Shown in pieces: positions 12,167 through 25,163 of a stretch of DNA of 64,000 bases. A model generated the notes under the pieces. That model was not told the origin of the DNA. It was given only the letters and a program-made list of their open reading frames with translations, and ran no database searches. The stretch lies in the NCBI GenBank assembly GCA_000320545.1, contig ADNK01001110.1, positions 1 through 64,000 of the forward strand. Direction: 5' to 3'. A program made the position numbers and the translations under genes. Numbering within the stretch: the first letter of the stretch is position 1; each line of letters begins with the position of its first letter. The DNA comes from Bigelowiella natans CCMP2755 (taxonomy: Eukaryota; Protista; Cercozoa).

Positions 12167-14146
12167 ATGCTGGCGAGTAGACGGCTACCCCCTCCCTCAC
12201 TCCTAGCGCTGCTCGCCCTCGGCTATGTGCTATCTGAACTCTTTAGCGGCCAGCAAAGGACTATCAGGGAGAGAGTGTTGGGGAGATACACGCCGTTATC
12301 GTCCGTGAGGACCCGTGATAGCGCAGGAAAGGTCGGAGGAATGAAGTACCCTACTAATCGTAGACAGAATTGCCCAATGGCAGCGAAGGGCTTTGGGGGA
12401 AGTGACGAAGTCCAACCCTCGACAGGGGGGCGGTCAGCTAGGAAAGAAAGACGTGATGCCGTGAAGGGTGCGAAGAAAGAGCAGCAGAAGAGCTTGAAGC
12501 AAAGGAAGGTACTCGATCAGGCCAGGGAAAAGGCCAAGGCAATCGTCAGTGAAATCGATACGGACAGTGACTCGTCGACTGACTTCTTTGTACGTACTTC
12601 TCGCTGATCACTACCTTATAGTATTGATCTAGAAGTCACCACCTGAATTGAGCGTGCCTGTTCCCAACATACATGTGTCTCTTGTCAGTGGAAAATCATC
12701 CCAGCACTACTTGATACGGAGTTTAAGAGGTTAGCCTTGATATATGCTGAAGATCGTTGAGGAGATAAGAGGGGAGAAAGGAAGGAGGGGAGAAGGATGG
12801 AAGGCGCTCTGTGATATGTTCGTTGTTGCCCTGCATGATGTTTTTGCAGCACGAATTAATGCGCGCGAGGAGTAGTGCGAATTTGCTTCTTATGCAGCTA
12901 GCGGTTTTGTTCTCTGAACGACTCCCCCCCTCTTTTGCAGAAGTGAAATCTCACGCGTCCATGATTTTATCAAGATCTCCTCCGGTCATTTGCATCCCAT
13001 TCCCCCTTAATATATAATTTCTCGCCACCACGGACCTGGCTCGAGCGCCATCATTGCTAGGCTGTGTGTGGAGGAGAAGTAGCAGCCCCCGTCCACTCCT
13101 CACCCCCTTCATCTTTCTATTTATGACATTCCGATAGGTGAGGAGAGTCTCCCCGAGGAGGTGTTAAAGGACACCCGACGACCCAATGACAATCTGCACG
13201 CGTATTTTCCCGGGATCGAGGCCCCTTCGCCGTTCCGCGACCCCTCTGCCTTCCCCTTCGTGGCCGAGATTACGAGCAATATCGCCGCTATTGAGGAGGA
13301 GTTTCGAAGCCTTGTGCGCGCCAATGCGACGCGGGTATTAGCCTGTGGAGATGTACCTCGGAGAGATCACCTCTCTGCCATGTCTTCATCATATCACTAC
13401 CAATCATGCTAAGAGAGGGCTGGTACCCCGCTCTCCTTCTCTTCTTCTTCCTCCTCCTTCTATCGGTCAATCAGGCACAATTCCGGTCGGTTACGAGCAT
13501 GAACTACAAGAACGGATGGAAGGTAGCTAGCACAGAAAGTAAAGACAACGAAAATAATTTATTCTTACTTTTATTAAAATATGGACAAGGAAAGGACAAG
13601 GAAACGAGACGATAAATGAACACACTGCATTATATTAATACTCTTTCTGTAACATCTGTTTTTCCTCATTGCTCTGCTACCGCTCCCTCTTCTTCTCCAT
13701 CGTTCTGTTTTCTGTACAAGCTTTCTCTATCCTTTTGGTCCTCCTTTGGACCTATTCTTCGTCACTTCCTTCCTCACCCCCGGCTGCTCTGTTCGTTTAA
13801 ATAATCAGACCCTTCCGCTGTATTACAACGGGAACACCATTCAAGGGTTCTTTCCACGAAGAAGAAGCACATATACGACATACTACTACGGGGGATAGTA
13901 TATAGCTACTTTTGTGACTCTTTCAATGTTCGTGTTGTTCTTTTATTCTCCTTCCCTTCTCCCGCCCTTTCATAATATGTATATTCTGCCCTCCACTCCG
14001 TTCTCCTGTCCCCCCCTCCCCCCCTCCCCTACAAGATTCCCGTATGATCTTTGTCCGGTGACGGCCGATATTCTCTCTCGAGTCCCCGTCGCAGGCCGGA
14101 TTGCAGGTTCAAGCAAAGAGAGAAGAAAATAATATATGTACACACA

Positions 14147-14184
<38 letters not shown>

Positions 14185-14266
14185 TATATATATATATATA
14201 TATATATTAATATATATACATGAACCAATATCATTTCATATGTAAACCTCGGAGTGGTGTGCGTGT

Positions 14267-14297
<31 letters not shown>

Positions 14298-15125
14298 GTG
14301 CATATAGGATTCAACCGTCAATCTCCAGAGTCTGGAATTCCCAGGTGTGCTTATTATTGATTTGCACCACGTCTACTATTGAATCTTCTCACGCCCTAGT
14401 ATTCCACCTCCTCTTCCCTCCGATCTCCTTCCTTTTGTTTATACGAAGGCACACGGATGGAAATAACATGTGGCTAACGTGCCAGGTTCGTCATCATGTG
14501 TGTGAGAGGGGGGGGGGGGGTATGTACGTTCGGATTATCTGTTTTCAAGAAAAGCTTTGTCTCTTCTCCTCCCTCCTCCCTCCCTCCCTCTCTCTCTCTG
14601 CTACATCTCCGTACACTCTTCTTTCGTTTGCAGCTTTTTCACTTACCTGAGCATTGAAAAATCAAATGAGTAGGTCGGAATCAGCATTCCTGAGAATGGC
14701 GAGAGCTGGATAGAAGTAAAGAAGAAAAAGAAAGACTAGGGGGTGGGGGTGGGGAGGAGGAGGTGGAAACAGCACGAACATACCGACAATGTGAAAGGGA
14801 CGATCGCTTATCAATGTGTATAGCATCCAAGAATTGAACAAGGAATTAAGTGAAAAACTGTCTGAACAGGTTGGCGGAGTAAAGAATACGTATCAATACG
14901 GACAGCCGGTTGTTTGCACCCCCCCTCCCCCCCCCCTCCCCTAAAGATTATGTCGTGGAAGTCATTGAGTTTTTAGACGTAAATGGCCATCTTTCCTCAC
15001 GCTTTCTGGTTGTGCTTTCGCCTGATTGTTCAGCTGGTTTACGACACGACGTTTCCTCACGAAACCTTCAATTCTGCCACGGACGAAGATCGCGTGGTGC
15101 GTAATGATGTATATTTTGTCGTTCT

Positions 15126-15163
<38 letters not shown>

Positions 15164-15342
15164 GTTCCATAAGAAGGTCGCAACGAATGGGCGAAAGCTG
15201 ATGACTAAGATTTGTGCAGGTTCTCCACATAGACTTCTGGAACTTCAACGCCCTGAGCAAAGTAGAGATAGCGGCGCTGCAGAGGCTGTATGAACATCGA
15301 CAAAAATATTTGGAGGCCGAGGGAATACCGCAGTCTTTATAA
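12167..15342 (+). CDS. Aspartyl/asparaginyl beta-hydroxylase family 2OG-Fe(II) oxygenase, multi-exon, with N-terminal signal plus transit-like presequence
   Basis: Exonic motifs YFPGIEA..FPFVAEITSNIAAIEEEF, CPVTADILSRVP, HTDGNNMWLTCQ (HxD), YDTTFPHETFN (distal His), LHIDFW; stop TAA at 15340-15342. Confidence 0.8.
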
Positions 15343-16392
15343 TCCCAGCCGTGTGACTAGCGGCATTATACTAGCAACAAGTTTGTGTATGAATGCGAAA
15401 TTGACTAAAAAATGCATATCACGAGACCGTAAATAAGGCTGAATTCATGGCCTAAATTCGTCGAATCAGAGGCTAAGTGGTCGACGCGCGCATCTGATAC
15501 ACATTGTCTGTTGATACACACTACAGTATCTGCAATAGAATCTTGCATTTTACTCTTGCTATTGTATCGGTACGCTTTCCCAGCTAGAAGCGCTGGCTAG
15601 CTGGGCATTGCAAGACTTACGCCGCCATGCACATGCACGACCGGCGCCCATTCTAGATATCGCTGTAAACATGTCCACAGTCAGATCATGAATGAGGCAA
15701 ACTAGCATAATACTATTACTATGATATTTCAACAATCGGCATTTGCGTGATGTGCCACGACATGAACCGCATCAATTACAAAATGGGGGTGTGGCTGTGT
15801 ATCTCGGCGTCTTCTAAGCGACACAAGAAGGTGCTTCCCCCCCCCCCCCCAGAATTGATTAGATATTAGCTGATCCTACGACAAGTAATCGTCGGGAGCG
15901 CCATGTTCGGATCAACTTTATGAGATCCAGCGCATCTCCGCTTCACTCCAGCCGCTGAGGACATACTTAGATGCTGACTACACATCGTAGCATTTTAGCT
16001 AAATGTCACAGAGGATCATCCATGGATTTATGTATGTCTAGAGAGTTAAATAAGTGATGAAACATCGGAGACGCGACATCCAACGGCTAAGATTGCGCTT
16101 GTTTGCTCTACAGATTTCACGATGCCACATGTAGCTATAGATCAGCATGTGCGCTGGATTCAACTAGATAGCACCTGAACATGTAAGCTACTACGTATGG
16201 GACAATGAACACGTTGCTACGCTGTACAATGAGTCTGATGAGGAGAGAGGAAGTGTAAATTAAATCGCTGCCGCACACTCCTCTTCCTAACGCTCTAACC
16301 TATCACCACATTTGAAATGTTATGTATAATTTTCTAAAATTTTGACTCGCAGAATGTTGTCACTTTATCAGTGGAATCCTCTAGTCTCATAA

Positions 16393-18705
16393 TCAAGGCA
16401 ATCTATGTGTGAGCTTATTAGCCTTTGAATTCATCTTGAATTTGGGTTTTTCCAGGCCCAACAGTTTGCAGAACCTGCTGCACTTATGGGAATGGAAGAA
16501 TCTTTTCATGCCCTCTAGGCCTTTGTCCGTAGCTCCGTGTAAATGCCTTTTCCCGCTCTTTGAGTGGTAATGAATGCAAGGATCTGTAAGGAGGAAACCA
16601 TCATATCTGTTGTATGTGCCTTGCAAGTCGCAGACTAATTTCTTCCCCCCGGAGGCACAGTACGAAAAATGGGAGAAAGCTTGCGGTAATTCGTCAATGT
16701 CTTTTTCCTCCTCCGGAATGTTGTCGACGTATTTCAAGATGCTCTTCGAGACAGATCCATCATTGTTATTCCATTTGAGAAACTTACCTTCAAGAGTAGG
16801 TTCCAATAGCACCCAATTGTTGTATTCAGGCTCGTCAATGTGGTACACCTCGCAATCAAGGAATCGAATAATCCAGGATGGCTTTGATCCCAGCCTACGA
16901 TTAAAGGTTTTTGCAAACTTACCAGCCTCGATTTGGATTTTGAGACACTTTATTTGAAACTTTGAGGTTCCAAAGGTTTCCTCGTGTCGCCCTTCCTTGC
17001 ACACTAACCATGGCCCTTTCCTAATGTTAACCCCAGATTCTTTTTTAATACGGCAGGATCTGTACACATATCTCTCCATCCCTCTTGCAAAAGCAGTATA
17101 GTATGCAGCTATTCCAAGCTCCTCCCTGGGTTTAGTAATTGTCTTACGCGTGTCTATAAGTTCAAGACGATGACATTTATGATGACAATACCATCCATCT
17201 TCTCTAAACAATCCATTGCTTTTTGCCAGATCAATTTTCGCTTTCTGATCCACCTTCTTTTTCCTGTCTGTGAGACCTGACGAGCCTTCGGTGCGCAGCG
17301 TTGTCAGGGAGGTTGTGAGGGATGTGAGAGCTGTTTTTAAACCGCCAACCTGTAAGCCAAGCTTTTGAAAGGATCCGCGAGGAAGCTCGTTCGCCATTCG
17401 CCTCAGCACTCTGTACTTTAAATTCGGAGGGCCAAAAGCTACCGTCCCAATCATCATCCTGTCTCTTCCAAAGTAATCCCCAAGCTTTCGAACTCGCTTC
17501 AAAACCTCATTTTCAACATATTTCTTGACAGCACGGCGGCAAGCTATGACGTCCTCGCAATGATATGATGCTTCCCACTCTTGCCACACTTTGACTCCAT
17601 GTACACAATCTTCTAAGGTGTGATCGCTAGGTGCTCCATCGCTGAGGAAGACGAGGCATAGGCGGGTGGATTTGTGATAATCTGGAGAAAGGACCTTCAG
17701 CACCTTGTCCAGAGCGGGAAGGTAGTTTCCGTGGGATCTAGCTCTAGTTCTCTTGAGCTTCTCTAATACTCCCTGCAAATTGCTCTTCAAAGGCGTGCGT
17801 TCCAACACAACGCGCGCTTTATTCGACATCTGAATCAAGGAAACCACGGCTTCGGATTCCTGTGCAACTTTCAATTCCAACTGGGGCTTAAGAAACTCTG
17901 TTATAAGGCAATCGTAGACAGCTTCTGTTCGAGATTTATATCCAAGTACATCGCCTTTTCGCATGCTTCCACTATGATCTACAACGATCACGGTATGGCT
18001 TGAATAAGTCCCTGTACAGGGCTCAAGGTGTCGATCAATCACCACGCTGTCCTCATCATTTAAACGCCATGATGTAATCTCGTGCTTACTTGACTTATCC
18101 GTTACGAATACAACGCCTCTATATGTATACTTCCATCGAAGTTGGCCCTTCGGCCCTGGATTTGCTTCTTCTTTTCTTCCATATTTGACTGCAGCTTGTA
18201 GATCTTTGAATCCAATCCCGCGTTCTTGCCGTCGCTGGCGACCATGTGCGTGAGATATGACAGTGATATCTAAGGTTTTTAGGTCCTCTTCTTGTTTCAC
18301 TTCTCGTTCTTGTCTTCTTCGCTGACTCGAGGTCTTGATCTCATCAAGTATCTCCTTTTCGCGCACCTTTTTGCGAAAATAGGATACCATGGAAGGTGTT
18401 GTAAACTCGAGTTCTTGAAAGAGAGAAGACAGTTCGTCGACTGTGCCCTTTCGGAGAGTGTCATGAAGACGGTTATGAAGACGATTAAACTGGTGTTGCC
18501 CAGTTTCCGCAGATCTGATCAAACCCCGACTGTCGTATTTCCTTGTGAATCTATCGGGTGCTGGCTTGGATACTACATTTCTACTTCGAGCCTTAACGTC
18601 ATTTGAAAGCTCTGCGCCAATGATAGGGTCCGGCTCAATGAGTTCTATCCCACAATCAACACACGCACGGCGAATGATGTTGCCCACAGAAAGAATGATG
18701 CCCAT
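16393..18705 (-). CDS. Intronless vWA + alpha-kinase (MHCK/eEF2K family) protein with an N-terminal DUF4258-like domain
   Basis: MIDAS VVDHSGSM and FLSDGAP; alpha-kinase motifs LEPTLEGKFLKWNNNDG, PQAFSHFSY, LVCDLQG, LTDPCIH, HKCSRFC. First in-frame ATG is at 18705. Confidence 0.9.
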   Translation of the reverse strand: MGIILSVGNIIRRACVDCGIELIEPDPIIGAELSNDVKARSRNVVSKPAPDRFTRKYDSRGLIRSAETGQHQFNRLHNRLHDTLRKGTVDELSSLFQELEFTTPSMVSYFRKKVREKEILDEIKTSSQRRRQEREVKQEEDLKTLDITVISHAHGRQRRQERGIGFKDLQAAVKYGRKEEANPGPKGQLRWKYTYRGVVFVTDKSSKHEITSWRLNDEDSVVIDRHLEPCTGTYSSHTVIVVDHSGSMRKGDVLGYKSRTEAVYDCLITEFLKPQLELKVAQESEAVVSLIQMSNKARVVLERTPLKSNLQGVLEKLKRTRARSHGNYLPALDKVLKVLSPDYHKSTRLCLVFLSDGAPSDHTLEDCVHGVKVWQEWEASYHCEDVIACRRAVKKYVENEVLKRVRKLGDYFGRDRMMIGTVAFGPPNLKYRVLRRMANELPRGSFQKLGLQVGGLKTALTSLTTSLTTLRTEGSSGLTDRKKKVDQKAKIDLAKSNGLFREDGWYCHHKCHRLELIDTRKTITKPREELGIAAYYTAFARGMERYVYRSCRIKKESGVNIRKGPWLVCKEGRHEETFGTSKFQIKCLKIQIEAGKFAKTFNRRLGSKPSWIIRFLDCEVYHIDEPEYNNWVLLEPTLEGKFLKWNNNDGSVSKSILKYVDNIPEEEKDIDELPQAFSHFSYCASGGKKLVCDLQGTYNRYDGFLLTDPCIHYHSKSGKRHLHGATDKGLEGMKRFFHSHKCSRFCKLLGLEKPKFKMNSKANKLTHRLP

Positions 18706-19226
18706 GCTTTCTACACAAATACCTTGGCAAGAGAACTTCAAGGCTAGCCCTCAGAAAAGGATGCGGCGTTCGTTGGAACAAGTCACCGACGAGTTCTCAT
18801 CGGAAACTAAGTGCCTTTTGGCCACTAAGTCAAGATTTGGTGGACGTTCTTGCCTGCGCTCGCTGCTGAGAATACTCGAATACGGAAACTTTACCATAAG
18901 CTTTGCTGTCTTCATGTATGAAATGGCCTATATTTTTTATCTAGTTATGACTTGAGGCTTTGCCGCAGTCGGAAAAGTCAACTTACCTGCTGGAAACAAT
19001 ATTGTCGCCAGGTAATAGTCATCGGGATGTTTGTTGCTTGTTGCGATTGCAATTGCAGCTTGGAAGAAAGAACCGCTATGATGTTCTTACTTCTTGTTTT
19101 CTCGGCGGGACTAGATCTACACTTTTTTTTTACATGTTTCTGGGAAACTGGTACCAAATAAAGATGGTTTTCCATGGTTTTTGACCAAAATAAAAAATCG
19201 GTTGAACCGATTTCTCGATTTTTTGA

Positions 19227-19352
19227 GAAATCCTAGGAAATCCAGGGAAATCCTACTGGAAATCCTAGGAAATCCTGGAAATCCGAAATCCTCATAGATC
19301 TAGGAAATTCCTCGTTTCGAGCTTTTGATCCAAACGAGGAATTTCTCGATTT
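19227..19352. promoter_or_regulatory. Array of 7 GAAATCC motifs plus a 14-bp inverted repeat in a divergent promoter
   Basis: GAAATCC at 19227, 19237, 19247, 19259, 19269, 19278, 19285; GAAATTCCTCGTTT (19304-19317) and its reverse complement (19332-19345). Regulatory role is inferred from position. Confidence 0.5.
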
Positions 19353-19576
19353 GGAACACAAGCCAAGTTTGGGTAAAATTTATAAAATGCACCAAAACGC
19401 ACTGATTTCCGGCAAGATAAAAAATCATGCGGAATTTTACTACAAAGTCTTTCTGTGTTCTTCTAACTGACTAATAAGTATTTACAGCCGATGATATCTT
19501 AAAATATTAAGGAAAATGCAGCACAACACTAACAACAAAACAGCTGAGCAGACTGGGGTCGGAATAGCCGTTGCCA

Positions 19577-20899
19577 ATGGCGGACCGGGTTCGTCCTTTT
19601 CGACAGAGAGGAAGCGAGGGGTTGAGGGAAGAAGGAAAACTAAAATCCCCGTTTAACTTCAAGAGTTATACATAATAATTTGAACGTCCGGCTGAGGGTG
19701 TCTGGCAGATAAGGGGCTGCTGCGTGAGTTTTGTTGAAAGAATTCGTGATGTTCTGTACATATCGCTTCGTTCAGAATCTGGAGCTCGAAAGAAGCAATA
19801 TCAAAAGCTGGCCAAAAGACGGTATGCTTTAGAGCTAACCGAAATCCCTTTTCTGAACAATAGCTCGGTGAGCAGCCCAACAAAGAAAAGGCCACCAGAA
19901 GAGAACGTTATGACTAAGATCAGCACCGATTGCATAACAGGTTGTGAGTCGGATGATGAAGAGGGAAATGACATTCTCCTCGACGACGATGATGACGACA
20001 CGGAACCCTCCAACGGGGAGGGCATTCGAGAGGAAGAGGAGGAGAAGGCGCAGAATGGGGAGGCAGTATTAATGGATACCGGTAGTGACTGGAGGGGCAT
20101 GTTTTTGTTTTGTGCTTTTTGAGATCATATACGGAGATATTTAAGAGCGCCTCTAGATTTTTTAGCTATGGTTTTACATTCAACCAATGGAGCCACATAT
20201 AGTGCTATTTAAAAAAAACATCACAGTAAGCGTGTGAAATGCAATGTATTCTATCTTTCATACACACACACACGGACCATTCCTGTTACAATCAGCATCA
20301 CCAACACCAGCAGCAACCGCGAACCAAAAGCTGAATAAAAGGACTCCAATGCTACTCCGTAATCTTCAAAAGCTTAGAGAAAGCAAGGCAATGCAGAAGG
20401 CAAAAGATGACAAGTCGAAAAACAGAGAGGATGGAGCAAAAAACGATGAAAAATCTACTACAGCACCTTCAACCAGCGCTACTAGCGCAGGACTACTGGG
20501 TGAAAACAAAGGCGGTAGGACCAGCACCGTAACAGCCTCGGCCTCAGCTTCGAGTGACGCAAAAGCAACCAAGGCCACAAGCTCTACGACGCAGCTGCTG
20601 AAGGAGGATCGGAAGCATGTGGGCAGCGGCGTTGTAAAGATTGGTGGTGTGTCCTACGACCGGGATATGCTGCGTAGAGTGACAGAGCCTGGAGGGTTGA
20701 GCGTTGCCTCAGTGCGCACGCTTCTTCGGCTAGCAACGACTAGTGACATACGCGAGCGCACTTACGACCACATGGCCAAGATCTACGCTCTGCCGTCTCG
20801 ACTTTCAATCTCTGGAGACGACACTCTATTAAGGAACATCGGTCGAGAGGAGCAGGATAGCAAGTACCAAAGCAGTGTTGCGAGTCCTACCAAGGTGCG

Positions 20900-20936
<37 letters not shown>

Positions 20937-21683
20937 TCGGTGAACAAGGCCAGAACGGCACCTTGGCTCATACCGTCATCATCGGTGCTAGAGGGTGGCA
21001 GCAGCAGTAGTAGTTTCATCAACCGCAGGAAGCAGAAGGAGGAGGAGACCGAGGCAGAGACGAACCTTCTAGATCGGGCTCGCAAAATCGTCCGCGAAGC
21101 CCGCGCGGAGGCTCATGCAAAGGAGTCGTTGAGATCCGCACGAGGCGTAGGAGTCAGGAGGATTGGGATAAAGCAGGGAGGGCAAGCGTCGTTACTATCA
21201 TCATCGTTGCTGCAATCGTCATCATCATCGTCATCGTCTGTCGTCGTAAAGGAGGGAGACGAAGAGGAGAAGGAGCTGGAGGAGACCGCAAGGTTCTTGC
21301 TGCGGAAGGTCACGCCTGCGACGACGACGTTGGATCTCTCCGGGAGACTCTTGGGGGACGCACAGCTCAATGCGCTTATCAGGTACTGGCGGAAAGCTAA
21401 TCGCGTCTTCCAGCCTACGTGCAACTACCAACGGTTCTAAAACGCGCGCCAATATATGGGAAAATGCGTATCATGACTACTACTACTACTACTACTACTA
21501 CTACTGTCGTCATCAGGTACGGTTTGCTGCTCAGTCCTAGGGTCTCTGGCCTGCAGAGTCTATCACTGGACGGCAACGCTCTCTCTGGGAACAGCCTGCG
21601 GAAGCTGGTTCAGGCCTTGCGCGCGCTTCCGTGCCTCCGTCATCTCTCATTGAAGAGGTCCGGTTCTCTCTCTCTCTCTTTGT

Positions 21684-21730
<47 letters not shown>

Positions 21731-22297
21731 CGTCACAGCACCTGCTAAATGTCACAGAAGATTCATGTAGCCGGTTATTAAAAAGCTAGAGTCGTACATT
21801 AGGAACGGTCGAAACCACAGCCCCCGCAGAAATAATGATAAACGCACGTGATCAATGATAATCAGAAATTCTCTGGGAGCGAAGGGGCCGTCGCAGGCTC
21901 TCGATGAGTTCTTCAGAGCTGCCGGGTGCTCTCTGACCTTGCGCACACTCGATCTGGCTGGGAACCGTATCGGAACAAACGCGGCGGATGGACTGCGACA
22001 TATGCTGAGGTGCGGAGCGACAAGAATTCCACGTAGAATAGTGTTGCGATCCCGATGATGGCGGGGGCGGAGACGGTTTGCACTCCGCTGCGACATTCCC
22101 ATGCAGCCGACTGACCGCCGACATTTTCTTCCTCTTTCTCTCACAATTTGTGTTCTCCAAAGGTACGGCCGGCTTCGCAGCCTGCGGCTGGAGGGAAACC
22201 CTCTAGGCCTCAAGTGCCTCTGGGCGATCGTGGATGCCGTTCAAACGAATACTGCAGTTCTTGACGTAATAATCCTCTCCCCAACCCTCTCGCTTTC

Positions 22298-22339
<42 letters not shown>

Positions 22340-23535
22340 GATGCTGCTTCAGGCACATACAAAATCCAACGGTCGAGGTGATGATGAAGTGATGATGAAA
22401 ATGCACTGTGCGGCAGGTCACCGTTGATAAAGAGCACTGGGGGCCAACACGTGCCTTCAAGCGGCTCTCACATCTCCTCGAGAGAAATCGAGTCGACTTT
22501 AGCAGCCAGCAGAGAGGCCAAGGAGAGAGTGAAGACATAAACTGCGGTCCTGCTGGGAAAAGTCTGGTCAGAAGATTCATCGTAGCAGAAGTAGTAGTAG
22601 TAGTAGTAGCAGTAGCAGTGGTAGTAGTAGCGGTGATATCTGGCCAGCAAACGTATTTTTAGTCGTTGCAGTAGCAGCAGCAGCGATGCTAATTCACGGT
22701 TCCCCTTCGATAGGCCGAGGCGGAACGGCGCGTGCGTGTGCTAGAAAAGGAGCAGATAGACGTGGATGCAACGCTTACAGCGTGCGCGGAGAGGGAGGCG
22801 GAGCTCTTGAATAAGGTCACCATTCTCCCTGCCATCGTCGTAGTCATTCGTCGCCTTTAGTGTGATGCTAGTCCTGATTCTGTATCACCCTGCTTGGTGT
22901 GTCGGCGATTGCGTTTTCGCTGCGCAGCTTCAGAGGAGGGATAGCAAGATTCAGCGCCTGGAGGCTCTCCTGGAGGAGGCAACGAAGGACGCGAAGGAGC
23001 GCCAAATGGCCCATCAGCAGCAGCTAGCAGTCAAGGAGATGCAACTGCACCGCTCTGAGCGCCAGCACGCACAGGTGACGAGAGGACGCGGGAAATTGTA
23101 GGGAAAAGCGAGAGGAGGAGAGGGCGGGAGGAGTAGCGGCTTCTCCTTTTACTTCATTTCGCACTTGCACGCTCCGATTTTCCTTATATTTATGACTTCC
23201 TCAACTCCCCACCCCCCCCCCCCCCCTCTTCCTACCTTGATTCTCACGTTTTCAACCAGGCCAACGGCGAGCTGATGGATATGCTGACGTCTGCGAGGGA
23301 GCAGCTGCAGACCGCGAAAGAGGAGATCGCGAGCCTGAACGATAGGCTGATAGCGCGCACACAGGTGCACGCGAGGGCTATCCGTGAGTTCGAAGCCAGA
23401 ATCTCGACCTATGAGGAGCGCGGTGGCGACCTCCGCAAGGAGCAGGAGGATATGTTTTCCGAATTTCGTCGGCAACTCAGAAACATCGGAGCCATCAGAG
23501 AACAACGTAGAAGTGCAGCTGGCAGCCATAGCTAA
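19577..23535 (+). CDS. Multi-exon RNI-like leucine-rich repeat protein with C-terminal coiled coil
   Basis: LRRs TTLDLSGRLLGD, LQSLSLDGNALS, LRTLDLAGNRIG, LRSLRLEGNPLG; coiled-coil exons 22715-23535. Start codon is tentative. Confidence 0.7.
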
Positions 23536-24176
23536 ACTACTGCTAGCTGCTAAATGTTATTCCTGTACCACCGTGCTAGCATGTTTTCAGCAGATATGCT
23601 ATATTCTATAAGTAAAGAAACCGTCGTATTGATACCGCTATGCTTCTTAACATGCATGCATGGTTATATTCCAGGGCTGCGAGATGCATGCATCGCGGAT
23701 GTCTAGACATGTGCCCACAAGCATGCGTGATGAATATTGTAGATTGTCTAGAATTCCAGCGGCGCTTTAATGATGGTAGCTTACCAATTGCTAGCGAGGT
23801 CACTACACGAATGGACTAGTGCACTGATGATGTGCCTGCTGCTCGGTTCTGCTATATGGTCTTGCAGCAGTTAACGAGACATGCATGTACATGGCTAGAT
23901 GTGTCATTAACAACGCTTAAGTAGACATGAAGGCTGCTCTAGCTAGCTAGGCGCTACAGACGCGCAGCAGTGTATGCTAGTATGCGCGATACATGCGAAA
24001 CTTCAATGATGATTACTACAAAGTTAAAGGTGGCATGCAAGCACGCTGCCCATACTGACACATAGGGCAGGATCCATCCCCAAGTGTCCACCCATTAGAA
24101 TAAATATGCTTTCTAGTCTACGTGTGCACGCGTCTGCCTTCACGCAATATTCCGAATAGGTGCGACATGATCACTA

Positions 24177-25131
24177 TCATCCCTGGGCTGACAGCGTCTT
24201 GAATTTCTGCCGGAATCTGTACACACACACACACACACACACACAAACGGATTTTTATCATGAGTTGAGTGGGAGACAGGGACGCAGAGCAGGCAGGCAC
24301 ATATGATAGAGATGGAGAGAGGAAAAAGAGGGAGAAAACATATGACAAAGCCAAAAAGACAACAAACACCTGCAAGCAAGAAAGCTGAACGTGGGCGCAT
24401 AGTCGGGCGCTCCAGCCATCCCGTTGATTGCTGCTGCCAGCCTCGTGAGTAGCAGGTCCCAGTCGCGAAGCAAGATCCACGCGCGCCCTGCAGCAACCCT
24501 ATTATCTTTGACGATCGTTGCAAGTTGGCCGTGCTTGAGAAAGTCCAGCGCGTAGGCATTCAATAACGGCCCATCCCAGCAACAATCGTCTCCCTTTCCG
24601 ACTGCTTCTGCTGCTGCGACTCCCCCCTTCTCCTCCTTCCCAAGAACTCGGGCAGGGGTAGCTCCAGGGCCACCACCAACTACGCCAAGGCTATCGTATG
24701 TGCACACGACACCGAAGCCGGCGCTATCTACTGCTTCCATGGCCGACAAGAACACTGCCCCACCGTCTCCTCCGGAGAGTGAGGGGGCGGGTACATGTCC
24801 AGCAAGCTCAGAGCGAGAGCTCTCATGCGGAATGGCGGCTGTTCCAGCAGAGAGTTGTGAGAGAAGAGATGCGCCGCCTTGCCCACTGCCCTCTGGTCCG
24901 TCTTGCGTTGTCTTTTCCTCCTCGGGTTTCTTCCCTTTCGCGGGCGGGGCGGCGGGGAGCGCTGAGATCGGCAGACAGCCATACTGGACTGTTTTAAGCG
25001 CCGGCGAGAAGCTAGAAGAGGAACCGCCCGTGCTGCTGGAGCTCGAGCATGCAGCTGCGGGCGGCGCACCGTTCATGCTATTTCCTTCTTGCCGCCGCTG
25101 CTGTTGTTGGTGACCGCTATTACTGATACTA

Positions 25132-25163
<32 letters not shown>

